From contig OY760937.1 of NCBI GenBank assembly GCA_963664225.1, positions 672,001 to 736,000 on the forward strand: a stretch of DNA of 64,000 nucleotides, read 5' to 3'. Positions 19,758 to 29,219 of the stretch are shown here, piece after piece (position 1 is the stretch's first letter; the number at the start of each line of letters is the position of its first letter). The stretch is from Verrucomicrobiia bacterium. GTDB taxonomy: Bacteria > Verrucomicrobiota > Verrucomicrobiia > Limisphaerales > UBA1319. Made by a program: the position numbers and the translations under genes. The notes under the pieces were generated by a model that had not been told where the DNA came from, did not search any database, and was given only the letters and a program-made list of their open reading frames with translations.

Positions 19758-21506
19758 GTGAAAACGATACTCAAGACAAAAAATGTTGTCGCAAAGACAA
19801 CGCCAATTTCCATACCCGCGCATGTGCGGCAGTGGCCGCTGGGGCAGATGCCTCTGTCTGTCCGGCTCGCCGGAGTGCTCCAAAAAATGGGCTTTCGCGT
19901 CCTGGGGGATTTGCACGGCATCCTTTACGACCAGGTGCTCTCAATGCGCAACTGCGGGCAGCGCAGCATTCGCGAGTTGGAGACGCTGGTGGATCGCGTG
20001 GGAGCGGGTGAATTCGATTATGGCAAGGTCAAGGGGCTGGGACTGGAACTGCTGGTTCGCCAGGCCGATGACGCCATCGACAAGATCGACGACCGCGAGC
20101 GCGAGATGCTGCTGATGCGCCTGGGCGGCACGGGCCAGCGCCCGATGACGCTGGAGGAGATCGGAACGGAATTCGATCTGACCCGCGAGCGGGTTCGCCA
20201 GGTGGTCGATTTGCTTTATGATCGAATTTACAAGCATGGCGGTCCCGCGGTGGATTCGATGCTGCGGCGTCTGGCGGAGAAGTGTCTCGAATCGACCTGT
20301 CCGTTGACCCCGGAACTTTTCGACCGGTTGCTTGCGAGCAAATCGATGTCCGGCAAATATCCAGCCGCATTTTACGTTCGACTGGTTGGAGAGCTGCATC
20401 CTGAAATTCCGGCCTGGCCCGATGGTCAGAAGCCTTACCCCAATCTGGACCAGCGCGCACGGGACATCATCCGTCCTGTGGCGGATATCCTGCGTGGGAA
20501 TATCTCCCCTCTGGAATTGTCCGACATTTACAAACGGCTCAAGGAAGCCGGCCAGCCGGCCAATTTAAATCCGAGCGAATTTCTGCGGGCGCTCAAGCAG
20601 TGCAGTTCGCTCACGGTCGAATTCCCCGAACCGGAGCATCCGGTGGTGCGGTTGACGAGCTTGCGCATCTGCGACTGGGTGCAGCGTGTTCTGGCCCAAT
20701 CTCCCCAGCCGTTGCGGCCGGAGGAAATCATCGCCCAAGCCAAGAAGCTGTTTGGCCACGAAGTGCCGCCCATCTCAATCGGGGGATTGCGCAACTCGCT
20801 GCGCCCCGAGCAGGGCATTTACTTGCTGGATCGCCGGGCCTTTGGCATGCGCCAGCATATTCTTCTGCCTGAGAACCTTTGGGCCAAGATGCGCACGGAT
20901 GTTTTCAAGCTGTTGAAGGATGAAAACCGCCCGGTCTCGACGCGCGAAATGCTCAAGCGCAATCGTTTCTCATGGGCCAGCCAGACGAATGTGCATGAAA
21001 TCGCACACATCCTGCGTGAGGACGAGCGGTTTGTCGATCTGGGCCGTTTTCTGTTCGCCTTGAAGACGTGGGGTTTACACGAGCGTGAGCACATCAAGGA
21101 CTTGATTCCCGAGGCGCTCAAGGCTGCGGGACACCCGATGACGGCCACGGAAATCCTGAAGGAACTGCGGCGCAAGCGCTCTGTGGGACGCGCGACCATC
21201 TCCGCGGTGATCCGCCATCACGAGGGGGTCAAACATTATGGTTTTGGTTATTACGGCTTGAAAAACTGGAAGGACATGGACAAGGCCTTCTATGTCACGC
21301 AACCATTGCTGGTGCGCCGGATCATTCTCAACACCGCTCCGCCGCTGACCTTCAGCGGGCTGTGTGAGAAATTGAAGATCCCCGCTAAAGGCAAGCTGGC
21401 CAGCCAGCTTTGGGAAACGATCACCACATTACGCCGGGTCAAGACCAAGCCCGAGACCATGGGGCCTGATACGTTGATCATTCACAAGACCTGGAAGAAA
21501 GAGTGA
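19758..21506 (+). CDS. RNA polymerase alpha-CTD-like + sigma70 region 4 + multiple winged-helix (HARE-HTH-like) domain protein
   Basis: LSVRLAGVLQKMG..LGDL..MRNCGQRSIREL (alphaCTD HhH). REREML..MTLEEIGTEFDLTRERVRQ (sigma region 4). Repeated L....PL...EI...G.F/YGL..W units. Confidence 0.75.
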   Translation: MKTILKTKNVVAKTTPISIPAHVRQWPLGQMPLSVRLAGVLQKMGFRVLGDLHGILYDQVLSMRNCGQRSIRELETLVDRVGAGEFDYGKVKGLGLELLVRQADDAIDKIDDREREMLLMRLGGTGQRPMTLEEIGTEFDLTRERVRQVVDLLYDRIYKHGGPAVDSMLRRLAEKCLESTCPLTPELFDRLLASKSMSGKYPAAFYVRLVGELHPEIPAWPDGQKPYPNLDQRARDIIRPVADILRGNISPLELSDIYKRLKEAGQPANLNPSEFLRALKQCSSLTVEFPEPEHPVVRLTSLRICDWVQRVLAQSPQPLRPEEIIAQAKKLFGHEVPPISIGGLRNSLRPEQGIYLLDRRAFGMRQHILLPENLWAKMRTDVFKLLKDENRPVSTREMLKRNRFSWASQTNVHEIAHILREDERFVDLGRFLFALKTWGLHEREHIKDLIPEALKAAGHPMTATEILKELRRKRSVGRATISAVIRHHEGVKHYGFGYYGLKNWKDMDKAFYVTQPLLVRRIILNTAPPLTFSGLCEKLKIPAKGKLASQLWETITTLRRVKTKPETMGPDTLIIHKTWKKE

Positions 21507-21531
21507 TCTGACATTCCAATGTTTTTTGCAT

Positions 21532-21564
21532 ACGGGTCGGCCTAAAAACCGGCCCGTTTTTTTT
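21532..21564 (+). terminator. Rho-independent terminator
   Basis: ACGGGTCGG-cctaaaaa-CCGGCCCGT followed by a T run. Confidence 0.8.
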
Positions 21565-21588
21565 GTGGCTTTTAACCAACAAAGAAGA

Positions 21589-23754
21589 TTACCGCGCTTT
21601 TTCCAAAAGACGGGTGACCAGGTTCGTTTCGGCCAGTGGCCCGGCGCTCAAGGCGAGCAGGGTGGGTTTCCAGGGATCGACCTCCAACGTGAAGCGGTTC
21701 CCATGCGCTTGCAAGGTTTGGGCGCGCAGGTCATAAACATAGGCGGCATTCTTCAAGGCTACATTCACGCGAACCGGTTTTTCCAAATGCTCGTTGCCAC
21801 CCGCCTGTTTGAGGGACTCGCTCATGTGATAGGCGATGTTTCGTTCGAGGGCAACGAGTTGGGTGGCGCCCAATTGGAACCGATGGATCAGAACGTGTGG
21901 GTTTGAAGCACTGTCATCGACCGCGCTTACGATGATTTCAGGGGCGAACGGCATTTGGGACTGAAGCCAGTGTGTCCAATCCGGGCTGGGTTTGGCGCTT
22001 AGTCGATCCGATGCGTAGTTTGCGATATCGCCGTCATGACGTTGCGCGGGGGTGGTGTTGGTGGCGCAGGCGGCCATGGCGCACTCCCACGAGAGCGATG
22101 ATGGGAATTGGTCTTCCAAGGGACTGCGAGAACGGAGCTTTCCGTGAGCATCAAAAATTCCCGGTGTGCCGTCGGAGAACACGACGTGATGGTCATTGGT
22201 CAGAAACTTTTGGATGCGCGCTCCTTCGGTGTCGGACAACGCCAGGGCCTCTGGCAGAACCAAGGCGCGGATGCCCTGACTGTCCAGAAAACCGTTCTCC
22301 ACTTGTTCGGATGCGACGAAGGTGGGGGAGTAGCCCGAGTCCTGGAGGAGTTTGAGCCAGCTCTCGCGCACGCGCACCTGGCGGTTGTGATCCGCCTCGT
22401 AACTGGAGAAGCGGCGGAGCCATGTGGAGCCGTCCACACAGGATTCGACGAGCCAGTCCGCCTGGATGGAGGGTTGGGAATAAAGGATGGCGATGGGATC
22501 GTGCAGCCTTTGCGCGGTCATGAAAAGTCGGGCCAAAGGTCCGGTCATTTCCTTAAGCACAGGAATCAGCGGCTTGGCGCGCGGGGTCAGGGCGTAGTCC
22601 GGGGATTTCCAGTCGATGCAATCCTCGCTCCACCAGACGATGCACCCTTTGTCGCCCTGGAACAGCAAATGCCACAGGCGGCGCGTGGCGGGATTGGTTT
22701 CCTTTTCAAATACGGTGGTCAGAAATGGCTTGCCGGGCATGAAAGAACCCAGTATTTCGCGCGCCGAACCGATGTCGTAGGGTTCGATCCAATCCAGCGC
22801 GTTGGCCATCCGCCACAAATCGTAGCCGCCAAAGGCCGAGGGCATTTGTGTGCCTTCGATTCCAACCGGAGTGCCGGGATCGATGGTGTGAATGGACGCG
22901 CGCAAATTGTCCAGGGTGCGGGCCAGGCTCAGATCCATGTAGGTCCTGAAATCGGCCCAGGGACTGAAATTCCATCGGGTGGGCTGTTTGCGGGCTTCGG
23001 ACAGAACGAGCTGGATTTTCTGGACCGCCTGCCAATCGGGATTGCCTCGGGGCAGTGCATCTCCACTGGCCAGTCGATTTTTAATCTGGTCCGTGGTGAA
23101 AGGGCGCACATCATCCCAGGCGGCGAATTCGGTTTGCCATTGGTGATTCAAGGCGTCCAATGTCGCATACCGGGTTTTCAACCACAGACGGAATCCATTG
23201 AGCGCATGAGGCGAAAAATCGTAATCGAACGGATTGGCGGAGATCGTGATGGAAATTTCGTCGCGTAAATCATAGGCCAGGGGCTTGAACGGCTGGTTCT
23301 GGCGGGCGTTGTTCAGGACCTGCTTGCGGGACCAATCGATCCATGCCGGATCGTCCAGTGAATGATCGCGTTCGAGAGCCGCGGTATCACGCGTGCGCGA
23401 CCATGCGGTGACCAATGACTCCCAATCCGCAGCGCGGGAGTTGAACTTGAGGCAAAGGCCGCGATTGACCACGTTTTCCACATAATACGGAAATTGATTT
23501 GTTGCCCAGAAGTCGGGCGCGGCGTCGCCGAAAACCATTCCTGTATTGATGCCCATTTCCTCCATGCGCTGTTTGAAAAGGGGCAGCCGGGATGCATCTT
23601 TCCAGGCGGAGTCGCCAATCCAGAGAATCGTGCGGTAATCGTTCCATGGGCGGATGGCATCAGGCCGGGGCGTTTGTGCCGGGGCAAAAAGCGGGAGCAG
23701 AAACAGGGCGGCAATAAAAGGCCACGACCGTTGGATTCGATGTGAGAATGGCAT
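21589..23754 (-). CDS. Exported GH42-like glycoside hydrolase with beta-galactosidase trimerisation-like domain
   Basis: Signal peptide. FRLWLKTRYATLDALNHQWQTEFAAWDDV is GH42-like. Later segment IAILYSQPS..ALVLPEALALSD. Confidence 0.6.
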   Translation of the reverse strand: MPFSHRIQRSWPFIAALFLLPLFAPAQTPRPDAIRPWNDYRTILWIGDSAWKDASRLPLFKQRMEEMGINTGMVFGDAAPDFWATNQFPYYVENVVNRGLCLKFNSRAADWESLVTAWSRTRDTAALERDHSLDDPAWIDWSRKQVLNNARQNQPFKPLAYDLRDEISITISANPFDYDFSPHALNGFRLWLKTRYATLDALNHQWQTEFAAWDDVRPFTTDQIKNRLASGDALPRGNPDWQAVQKIQLVLSEARKQPTRWNFSPWADFRTYMDLSLARTLDNLRASIHTIDPGTPVGIEGTQMPSAFGGYDLWRMANALDWIEPYDIGSAREILGSFMPGKPFLTTVFEKETNPATRRLWHLLFQGDKGCIVWWSEDCIDWKSPDYALTPRAKPLIPVLKEMTGPLARLFMTAQRLHDPIAILYSQPSIQADWLVESCVDGSTWLRRFSSYEADHNRQVRVRESWLKLLQDSGYSPTFVASEQVENGFLDSQGIRALVLPEALALSDTEGARIQKFLTNDHHVVFSDGTPGIFDAHGKLRSRSPLEDQFPSSLSWECAMAACATNTTPAQRHDGDIANYASDRLSAKPSPDWTHWLQSQMPFAPEIIVSAVDDSASNPHVLIHRFQLGATQLVALERNIAYHMSESLKQAGGNEHLEKPVRVNVALKNAAYVYDLRAQTLQAHGNRFTLEVDPWKPTLLALSAGPLAETNLVTRLLEKAR

Positions 23755-23904
23755 GCATGAAAAATAGTGATTTTGAGCACGCTTTACCAGAGCGAATGTG
23801 TGGTTCTGCAAGGCACGCCGTCACGTCCTGTTTGCGTTGATTCGGGCGGTTTGGGCAAATCCCGCTGGCCACTGGCGTGCTTCTGCATTAAGATCGTGAT
23901 CAAC

Positions 23905-24840
23905 ATGGTATCATTGCCAAAACCTGAGGTCATCCTGACTCACGAGAGTGATTTGGATGGCTTGGTGTCGGGACTGCTTTTGCAGCGCCTGGCTCAAAAA
24001 CTGTTTAATCAATCGATCCGGCTTGAAGCCTACCCTTACGACGCCTGGCGCCAGAGGACGATGCGCGAGAATTGCGCCTGGACCTCGGATTTTTATTTCG
24101 ATCCGCGTCTGGACAAGCCGGGCTGGGTGGTGATCGACCATCATCCGACCCAGACACCGGCCAAGAATGCCTATTTGATTCATGACTTGGGCAAGTCGGC
24201 CAGCCTGTTGTGTTACGACCTTTGCAAGGAGCAGGGGCTGGGTTCTGAGACTCTGGATAAACTGGTGCGTTACAGCAATATCGCGGACCTGTTTTTAAGT
24301 GACGACCCTGAATTCCCAGTGGCTGTGGATTACGCCAATCTGGTGAAGACCTACCAGTTCTGGAATTTACACGCGGTGATCGAGGGACAATTGGAGCGGT
24401 TGGTGGATCATCCATTGCTTGAGGTGATGGCGGTGAAACGCAGGGTGGAAGACCCGATCGGCCTCAATTGGAGCGAGGCGAACATCGTGGAACTCGCGCC
24501 GAGGGTTGGCTATGCGGACACCGTGCTCGGGAATACGAACCTGATCGCATTCAATCTGCTCGAAAAAAAGAACACCGCCTTCGATGTGGTGATCACTCTC
24601 TTTCGCAAGGGCAATGGCACGGTCATCGCGAGCTTTCGCAGCCGCGGCGGTCAGGCATTGAACCTGGCGGAAAAGTTCCAGGGCGGGGGCCATCCCAACG
24701 CCGCCGGGGCCACGTTGCCGCGTTCGGTGTCGCGCATTCCAGACGCGGTGGATTATTTGCGCAAGGTGCTCACCCCCACGGCTACCCGTGAAGCGCCGCT
24801 CAACAGCCTCGAAAGTATTTTCGATTCGCTCAAACTTTAA
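23905..24840 (+). CDS. DHH/DHHA1 family phosphoesterase
   Basis: THESDLDG, VIDHH and GGGHPNAAG motifs. Confidence 0.85.
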   Translation: MVSLPKPEVILTHESDLDGLVSGLLLQRLAQKLFNQSIRLEAYPYDAWRQRTMRENCAWTSDFYFDPRLDKPGWVVIDHHPTQTPAKNAYLIHDLGKSASLLCYDLCKEQGLGSETLDKLVRYSNIADLFLSDDPEFPVAVDYANLVKTYQFWNLHAVIEGQLERLVDHPLLEVMAVKRRVEDPIGLNWSEANIVELAPRVGYADTVLGNTNLIAFNLLEKKNTAFDVVITLFRKGNGTVIASFRSRGGQALNLAEKFQGGGHPNAAGATLPRSVSRIPDAVDYLRKVLTPTATREAPLNSLESIFDSLKL

Positions 24841-24842
24841 TT

Positions 24843-25637
24843 ATGCCTCAGACCAAAAAAATTGTTTCCAAAACAGCCCATTCCAAGGTGGATGCCACAA
24901 CAACCCCTTCCTCGGGTTTGCGAGCCGATGGCCGCGCCCCGGGCGATCTGCGCCCCATTAAATTTCAGAACGGCATCGCGCCAAACGCGGCCGGATCCAC
25001 ATTGATTTCCTTTGGGAATACCCAGGTGATTTGCGGTGTCACGATCGATGAGGGGGTGCCCCGCTGGATGAAAGAGCAGGGGGTGACCGGTGGATGGATT
25101 ACGGCCGAATATTCCATGTTGCCTTATTCGACGTTGCAGCGCAAACAGCGAGACAGCACCAAGGGCAAGGTCGAGGGGCGCTCCCAGGAGATTCAGCGTC
25201 TGATCGGCCGGTCCATTCGCACGGCGGTGGATCTGGAAAAGCTGGGCGCCCGCACGATCTGGATCGATTGCGATGTGCTGCAGGCCGATGGCGGAACGCG
25301 GACTGCGGCGATCACCGGCAGTTACGTGGCTCTCTCGCTGGCGATCAAGAAGTTGATGGATGCGGGAACTCTCAAGGAAAGCCCTATAGTCAATGCGGTG
25401 GCCGCCGTGAGTGTGGGCATCGTCAAGGGGCGCGTTCTGGCCGACCTCTGTTATACGGAGGACGCGGACGCAGAGGTGGATATGAATCTGGTCATGACGG
25501 CCAAAGGCGAATTTGTGGAAATCCAGGGTTCCGGCGAGGAATCCACCTTCACCATCGAACAGCTCAACACCATGCTGTGTTCGGGGAGTCAAGCGGTGAA
25601 ACAATTGCTCGAACTACAGAAACATGCCATCGCCTGA
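24843..25637 (+). CDS. rph: Ribonuclease PH
   Basis: GWITAEYSMLP, EIQRLIGRS and CDVLQADGGTRTAAITG motifs. Confidence 0.97.
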   Translation: MPQTKKIVSKTAHSKVDATTTPSSGLRADGRAPGDLRPIKFQNGIAPNAAGSTLISFGNTQVICGVTIDEGVPRWMKEQGVTGGWITAEYSMLPYSTLQRKQRDSTKGKVEGRSQEIQRLIGRSIRTAVDLEKLGARTIWIDCDVLQADGGTRTAAITGSYVALSLAIKKLMDAGTLKESPIVNAVAAVSVGIVKGRVLADLCYTEDADAEVDMNLVMTAKGEFVEIQGSGEESTFTIEQLNTMLCSGSQAVKQLLELQKHAIA

Positions 25638-26562
25638 CGCAACCCTGCATCACATTTCCGTCCTTGTGCCTTCCGAATTTGAGGAAGCGGTGGCGGAGGT
25701 TTTTGAGAATGTATTCGGTCAACCTGCGGTCACCTTTCGCAAGGAGGGGAGCGTGGTGGGAACCGTTTCCGTTTATTGTGATGCTCCGCGGGCGCGCGCC
25801 ATGGTTTTGCGGGGCGCCGTCCAGAAGGCGGTCAATGAACTGAAGCCGCTGCGCGACGCCGGACATCGCGCCCGGGTGTCGCTGAAGAAGGTGCGGCGTG
25901 AAGATTGGGCCGAGTCCTGGAAAAAGCATTTCAAGCCGCTGAAGATTGGACGGTCGCTGCTGATCAAGCCCAGTTGGAGCCGGGTCAAGCTTCTCCCAGG
26001 TCAGCAATGTGTGGTGTTGGATCCGGGGCTGAGTTTTGGCACCGGCCAGCATCCGACCACCGAGTTTTGCCTGCGCCAATTGGAGAAACGGGCCAAGGAG
26101 GCAAAACGACATTTGGATCCGAAGCAGAAGCGGGGATTGTCGTTCCTCGATGTGGGGACCGGGACAGGCATTTTGGCCATCTCAGCCTCCAAATTGGGGT
26201 ATGGTCCGGTGCATGCCTTCGATTTCGATCCTGTGGCCGTGAAGGTGGCGCGGGAAAATGCCCTTGGCAACGGAAACGCGGGTGAAATCAAATTCTGGCG
26301 CGGGGACCTCAAGAAGATGTCGTCCAAATCCCGTCAACAATTTGACGTGATCTGCGCCAACGTCGAGTTCGATGTCTTAAAAAGCGAGCACGCCAAAATC
26401 ATCCATCGTCTTAAGCCGCAAGGAATACTGATTCTGGCGGGGATTTTGAAAAAGCAATTTCCAGCCATCCTGGAGACGTACACCAAGGCGGGCCTCAAAC
26501 GGGTGGCTGAGAAGGTGCAAAAGGAGTGGCACTCCGGGGCGTTTGAATGGGCAGCGGATTGA
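25624..26562 (+). CDS. prmA: Ribosomal protein L11 methyltransferase
   Basis: EDWAESWKKHFKP, DPGLSFGTGQHPTT and LDVGTGTGILAI motifs. Confidence 0.92.
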   Translation: MPSPDATLHHISVLVPSEFEEAVAEVFENVFGQPAVTFRKEGSVVGTVSVYCDAPRARAMVLRGAVQKAVNELKPLRDAGHRARVSLKKVRREDWAESWKKHFKPLKIGRSLLIKPSWSRVKLLPGQQCVVLDPGLSFGTGQHPTTEFCLRQLEKRAKEAKRHLDPKQKRGLSFLDVGTGTGILAISASKLGYGPVHAFDFDPVAVKVARENALGNGNAGEIKFWRGDLKKMSSKSRQQFDVICANVEFDVLKSEHAKIIHRLKPQGILILAGILKKQFPAILETYTKAGLKRVAEKVQKEWHSGAFEWAAD

Positions 26563-26665
26563 TTCTTCGGATTGTCTTCCGTTGTGGCGGCTCGTTATAC
26601 TTACGATTTGCATAGTGGCGGAGATGATGTATCGTATGACGGAGTTAGTAATAGAGCGGGGGTTT

Positions 26666-26884
26666 ATGTCTGCCAAAAAGCATAAGAAATTGCAGCGGAA
26701 GCCGGGAAAAAGCCCGGCCAAGCCGGTTGCAGACCATGCTGGTAAGACTATCGCAGGAATCCCCCATGCTCTAAAAACCAGTCCCCCGGTGCAATGGGCG
26801 AAAGCAGTGGCGGAATTCTTCCATTTGCCCAGTTACTTCATGCCTTCGAAGTCCAAGCATCCCTTTCAACGCATCAACGAATAG
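26666..26884 (+). CDS. Small basic hypothetical protein
   Basis: MSAKKHKKLQRK... 72 aa, with a G-rich RBS-like sequence before the ATG. No recognisable motif. Confidence 0.35.
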   Translation: MSAKKHKKLQRKPGKSPAKPVADHAGKTIAGIPHALKTSPPVQWAKAVAEFFHLPSYFMPSKSKHPFQRINE

Positions 26885-26905
26885 GGGCCGACTTTATCTC
26901 TTGGG

Positions 26906-27229
26906 CTATGGGCTCACCGTAAACAGGCGCTCCAAATCTCGCGCGCCATGTAGTACACGCACGATTTCGATACTAGCTGCTGTCTCCCGGTTAAAAACCA
27001 AATAGGTGGGGAATTCGTCAATGCGCCACGATCGCAAGCCCTTCAGCAAGTTCCTGCGAAATTGCCGGGGACGACCTTGTCCGGGGGATTTGGAGAGCTT
27101 TGTAAACGTGGACTCAGCGCAATTGGTGAAACGAATCGCCAACTCAGCGTTTCCTGCCACATCGAGAAAATAATCCAAAATTGCATGGAGATCGCACCTG
27201 GCGGCCGGGGCGATTGTATAGTGGCTCAT
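26906..27229 (-). CDS. parE: Type II toxin, ParE/RelE family
   Basis: APAARCDL..I..Y, P.QGRPR, LRSW and IEIVRVLHGARDL motifs. Confidence 0.85.
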   Translation of the reverse strand: MSHYTIAPAARCDLHAILDYFLDVAGNAELAIRFTNCAESTFTKLSKSPGQGRPRQFRRNLLKGLRSWRIDEFPTYLVFNRETAASIEIVRVLHGARDLERLFTVSP

Positions 27230-27504
27230 CGATTGGCACGCTTGAAGTTCGCATTCCGCTTCCTGAGTTCGGCCATAACCTGGTCCCCCGGAATGCCATC
27301 GCCCTGTTCAAGTTGTTTGACTCCCTCAGCCAGCTTGTCTTCCAGTTCTTCCAAAGTGGAAACCGAAAAGGAAGGTTGCCGTTCTTTATCTTCCTTGAGT
27401 CGGCGAAGGCCGGCACGCACCACTTCGCTGGCAGTCTGGTAAAGGCCGCCTTTGACTTCGCCGTTTATAAAATTTTCAAGCTCTGGTGTTAGTGATACGT
27501 TCAT
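27226..27504 (-). CDS. parD: Type II antitoxin, ParD (CC2985-like) family
   Basis: MNVSLTPELENFI..V.GGLYQTASEVVRAGLR. 4-bp overlap with the toxin gene. Confidence 0.88.
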   Translation of the reverse strand: MNVSLTPELENFINGEVKGGLYQTASEVVRAGLRRLKEDKERQPSFSVSTLEELEDKLAEGVKQLEQGDGIPGDQVMAELRKRNANFKRANR

Positions 27505-27573
27505 AACTGTTTCCGCGTTCTCCTCACGCTTCTTGCCATATTTTACAAAATAACAGAAATTGCGCAAATTATG

Positions 27574-28239
27574 TTATTGAGTGTTCTGCAAAGCGTTTGA
27601 TGTGACCCGGCTTCCCTGGATCACCAAGGAGCCACTCTTTTGCAGGACCAGTCGCAGGACCATGGTGTTGAGATCGGCGGCGGTTTTGATGTTTTTCTGG
27701 ATTTGATTTTTCACGCCCAGATCGATTTCCCGCGCGGGTCCCGGGGTTTTCAAGCTCACAAAACGGATTTTGCCCAAGGTCAGGTTGAGCGTGTCAATTC
27801 CCATAAAGTCCAAGGATTGTACCTGGGCTTTTTTCTGTGAATTGGCCTGGGTTAATGCCTGAAGCATTTGAAGATTCGTCTGGCCTTTCTGGTTTTCCAC
27901 CACGTCGATCTCGCTCAGATTGAAGCGCAGTAGGGTGAGTCTAAGCTCGCGGTGGCTCAAAGCCGCGCGGTCGTACTCGACATGGATCTCCTTGACGATG
28001 AGGAAGGGGGAGCCGCCGAATTGGGCGGGGTTGTAGAGGATAAAATCCTCGAGCGTCAGGGTGGGGGCCATAAGCGCTAGTTCGAACGAGCCGATGCGGG
28101 CTTCCAAACCGGTTTCCGAGCGTATGCGGCTCTCGATCCATGACTTGAGCAGGATGTCCTTGAGCAGAACCAGCGACACGCCCAGGACGATGAGCAGGAT
28201 TACGAGCCGGAACAACCAGCGTGTTATGAATCGGATCAT
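27574..28239 (-). CDS. AsmA-like membrane-anchored protein
   Basis: N-terminal TM helix, then IRSETGLEARIG..LTLEDFILYNPAQF, with an AsmA N-terminal-like pattern. Confidence 0.55.
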   Translation of the reverse strand: MIRFITRWLFRLVILLIVLGVSLVLLKDILLKSWIESRIRSETGLEARIGSFELALMAPTLTLEDFILYNPAQFGGSPFLIVKEIHVEYDRAALSHRELRLTLLRFNLSEIDVVENQKGQTNLQMLQALTQANSQKKAQVQSLDFMGIDTLNLTLGKIRFVSLKTPGPAREIDLGVKNQIQKNIKTAADLNTMVLRLVLQKSGSLVIQGSRVTSNALQNTQ

Positions 28240-28319
28240 CGTGGAATGGGATTGATGCAAGGAAGCATAGATGGGGCGGAGAGGATTTCAACCCGAAAGG
28301 GTGGGGTTGTATTGGATAT

Positions 28320-28345
28320 AAAAAAAGCCCCGCGCTTGCGGGGCT
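28320..28345 (-). terminator. Rho-independent terminator after skp
   Basis: Minus strand AGCCCCGC-aag-cGCGGGGCT followed by a T run. Confidence 0.75.
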
Positions 28346-28371
28346 ATAGTGAAATTTATACGGCGTCCCGA

Positions 28372-29049
28372 TTACTTCTTGTCATCCTTTTTCGGAGCTT
28401 TGGCGTCCGGTGTCGGCTTGGGATTCAGATCCAGGGGCGAGACTTTGGAGGCTTCATCGGCGGTCTTGAGGAAATCCGCGGGGGCGTTGATGTTGAGTTG
28501 ACGAAGGACATCTTCCGTAATCTCATTTTCGCCATTGTTATAGACGAGGACGGGCGTGTTGTTGACGCTCTCAGCCGCCGTATCGAGCACCACGGAATAG
28601 GCCGCTGTTTTGGCCTTGGTAGCGATGACTTCCTGAATTTCGCGCAGGATGGAGTCCCGCATGCGGCGTTGTTGCTCGTTAAGGGTGGCCCGGGCCGTGC
28701 GGTCGAACTGGTTCACCTGGGTTTCGATTTCCTGAATTTCCCGAAGCTTGGTTTCGGCGGATTTCTTGCGTTTATCGCGCTCCTCGGTGGAGACGGCTTG
28801 ATCGCCGGCGCTATCGAGAAGCTTTTTGTATTCCTCGTTGGCTTTTTGATAGCCGTCGATCAGGTCTTTGCGTTGTTTGTCGAATTCCGCCGCGCGCTCT
28901 TTTAATTGGACATCGGCCTGCCTGGTTTTCCAAAAACCATCGAACACCTTTTTGAGGCTGATGATACCGACCTTGGTCTCGGCCTGGGCTGGAATTACCA
29001 TTGCCAGGCAGATCGCCGCGAGAATGGACCTGAAAAATGTTGATTTCAT
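28372..29049 (-). CDS. skp: OmpH/Skp periplasmic chaperone
   Basis: Signal peptide, KVGIISLKKVF, coiled coil, YSVVLD..EITEDVL. Directly downstream of bamA. Confidence 0.88.
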   Translation of the reverse strand: MKSTFFRSILAAICLAMVIPAQAETKVGIISLKKVFDGFWKTRQADVQLKERAAEFDKQRKDLIDGYQKANEEYKKLLDSAGDQAVSTEERDKRKKSAETKLREIQEIETQVNQFDRTARATLNEQQRRMRDSILREIQEVIATKAKTAAYSVVLDTAAESVNNTPVLVYNNGENEITEDVLRQLNINAPADFLKTADEASKVSPLDLNPKPTPDAKAPKKDDKK

Positions 29050-29219
29050 AAAATTCGAACTGTTATTTAACTTATAACCGTCTCATTGTAATCGTCTGCG
29101 AGATATTTTCCATCATTTATTGCCCGACTGAGAAATTTCGTGATTGAACCCCGCTTTGAATGTCCAAAACGGAGTCAATGATCGAAGAGGCTTGTCTGGC
29201 AGGGCTTTGCGTATGACGC

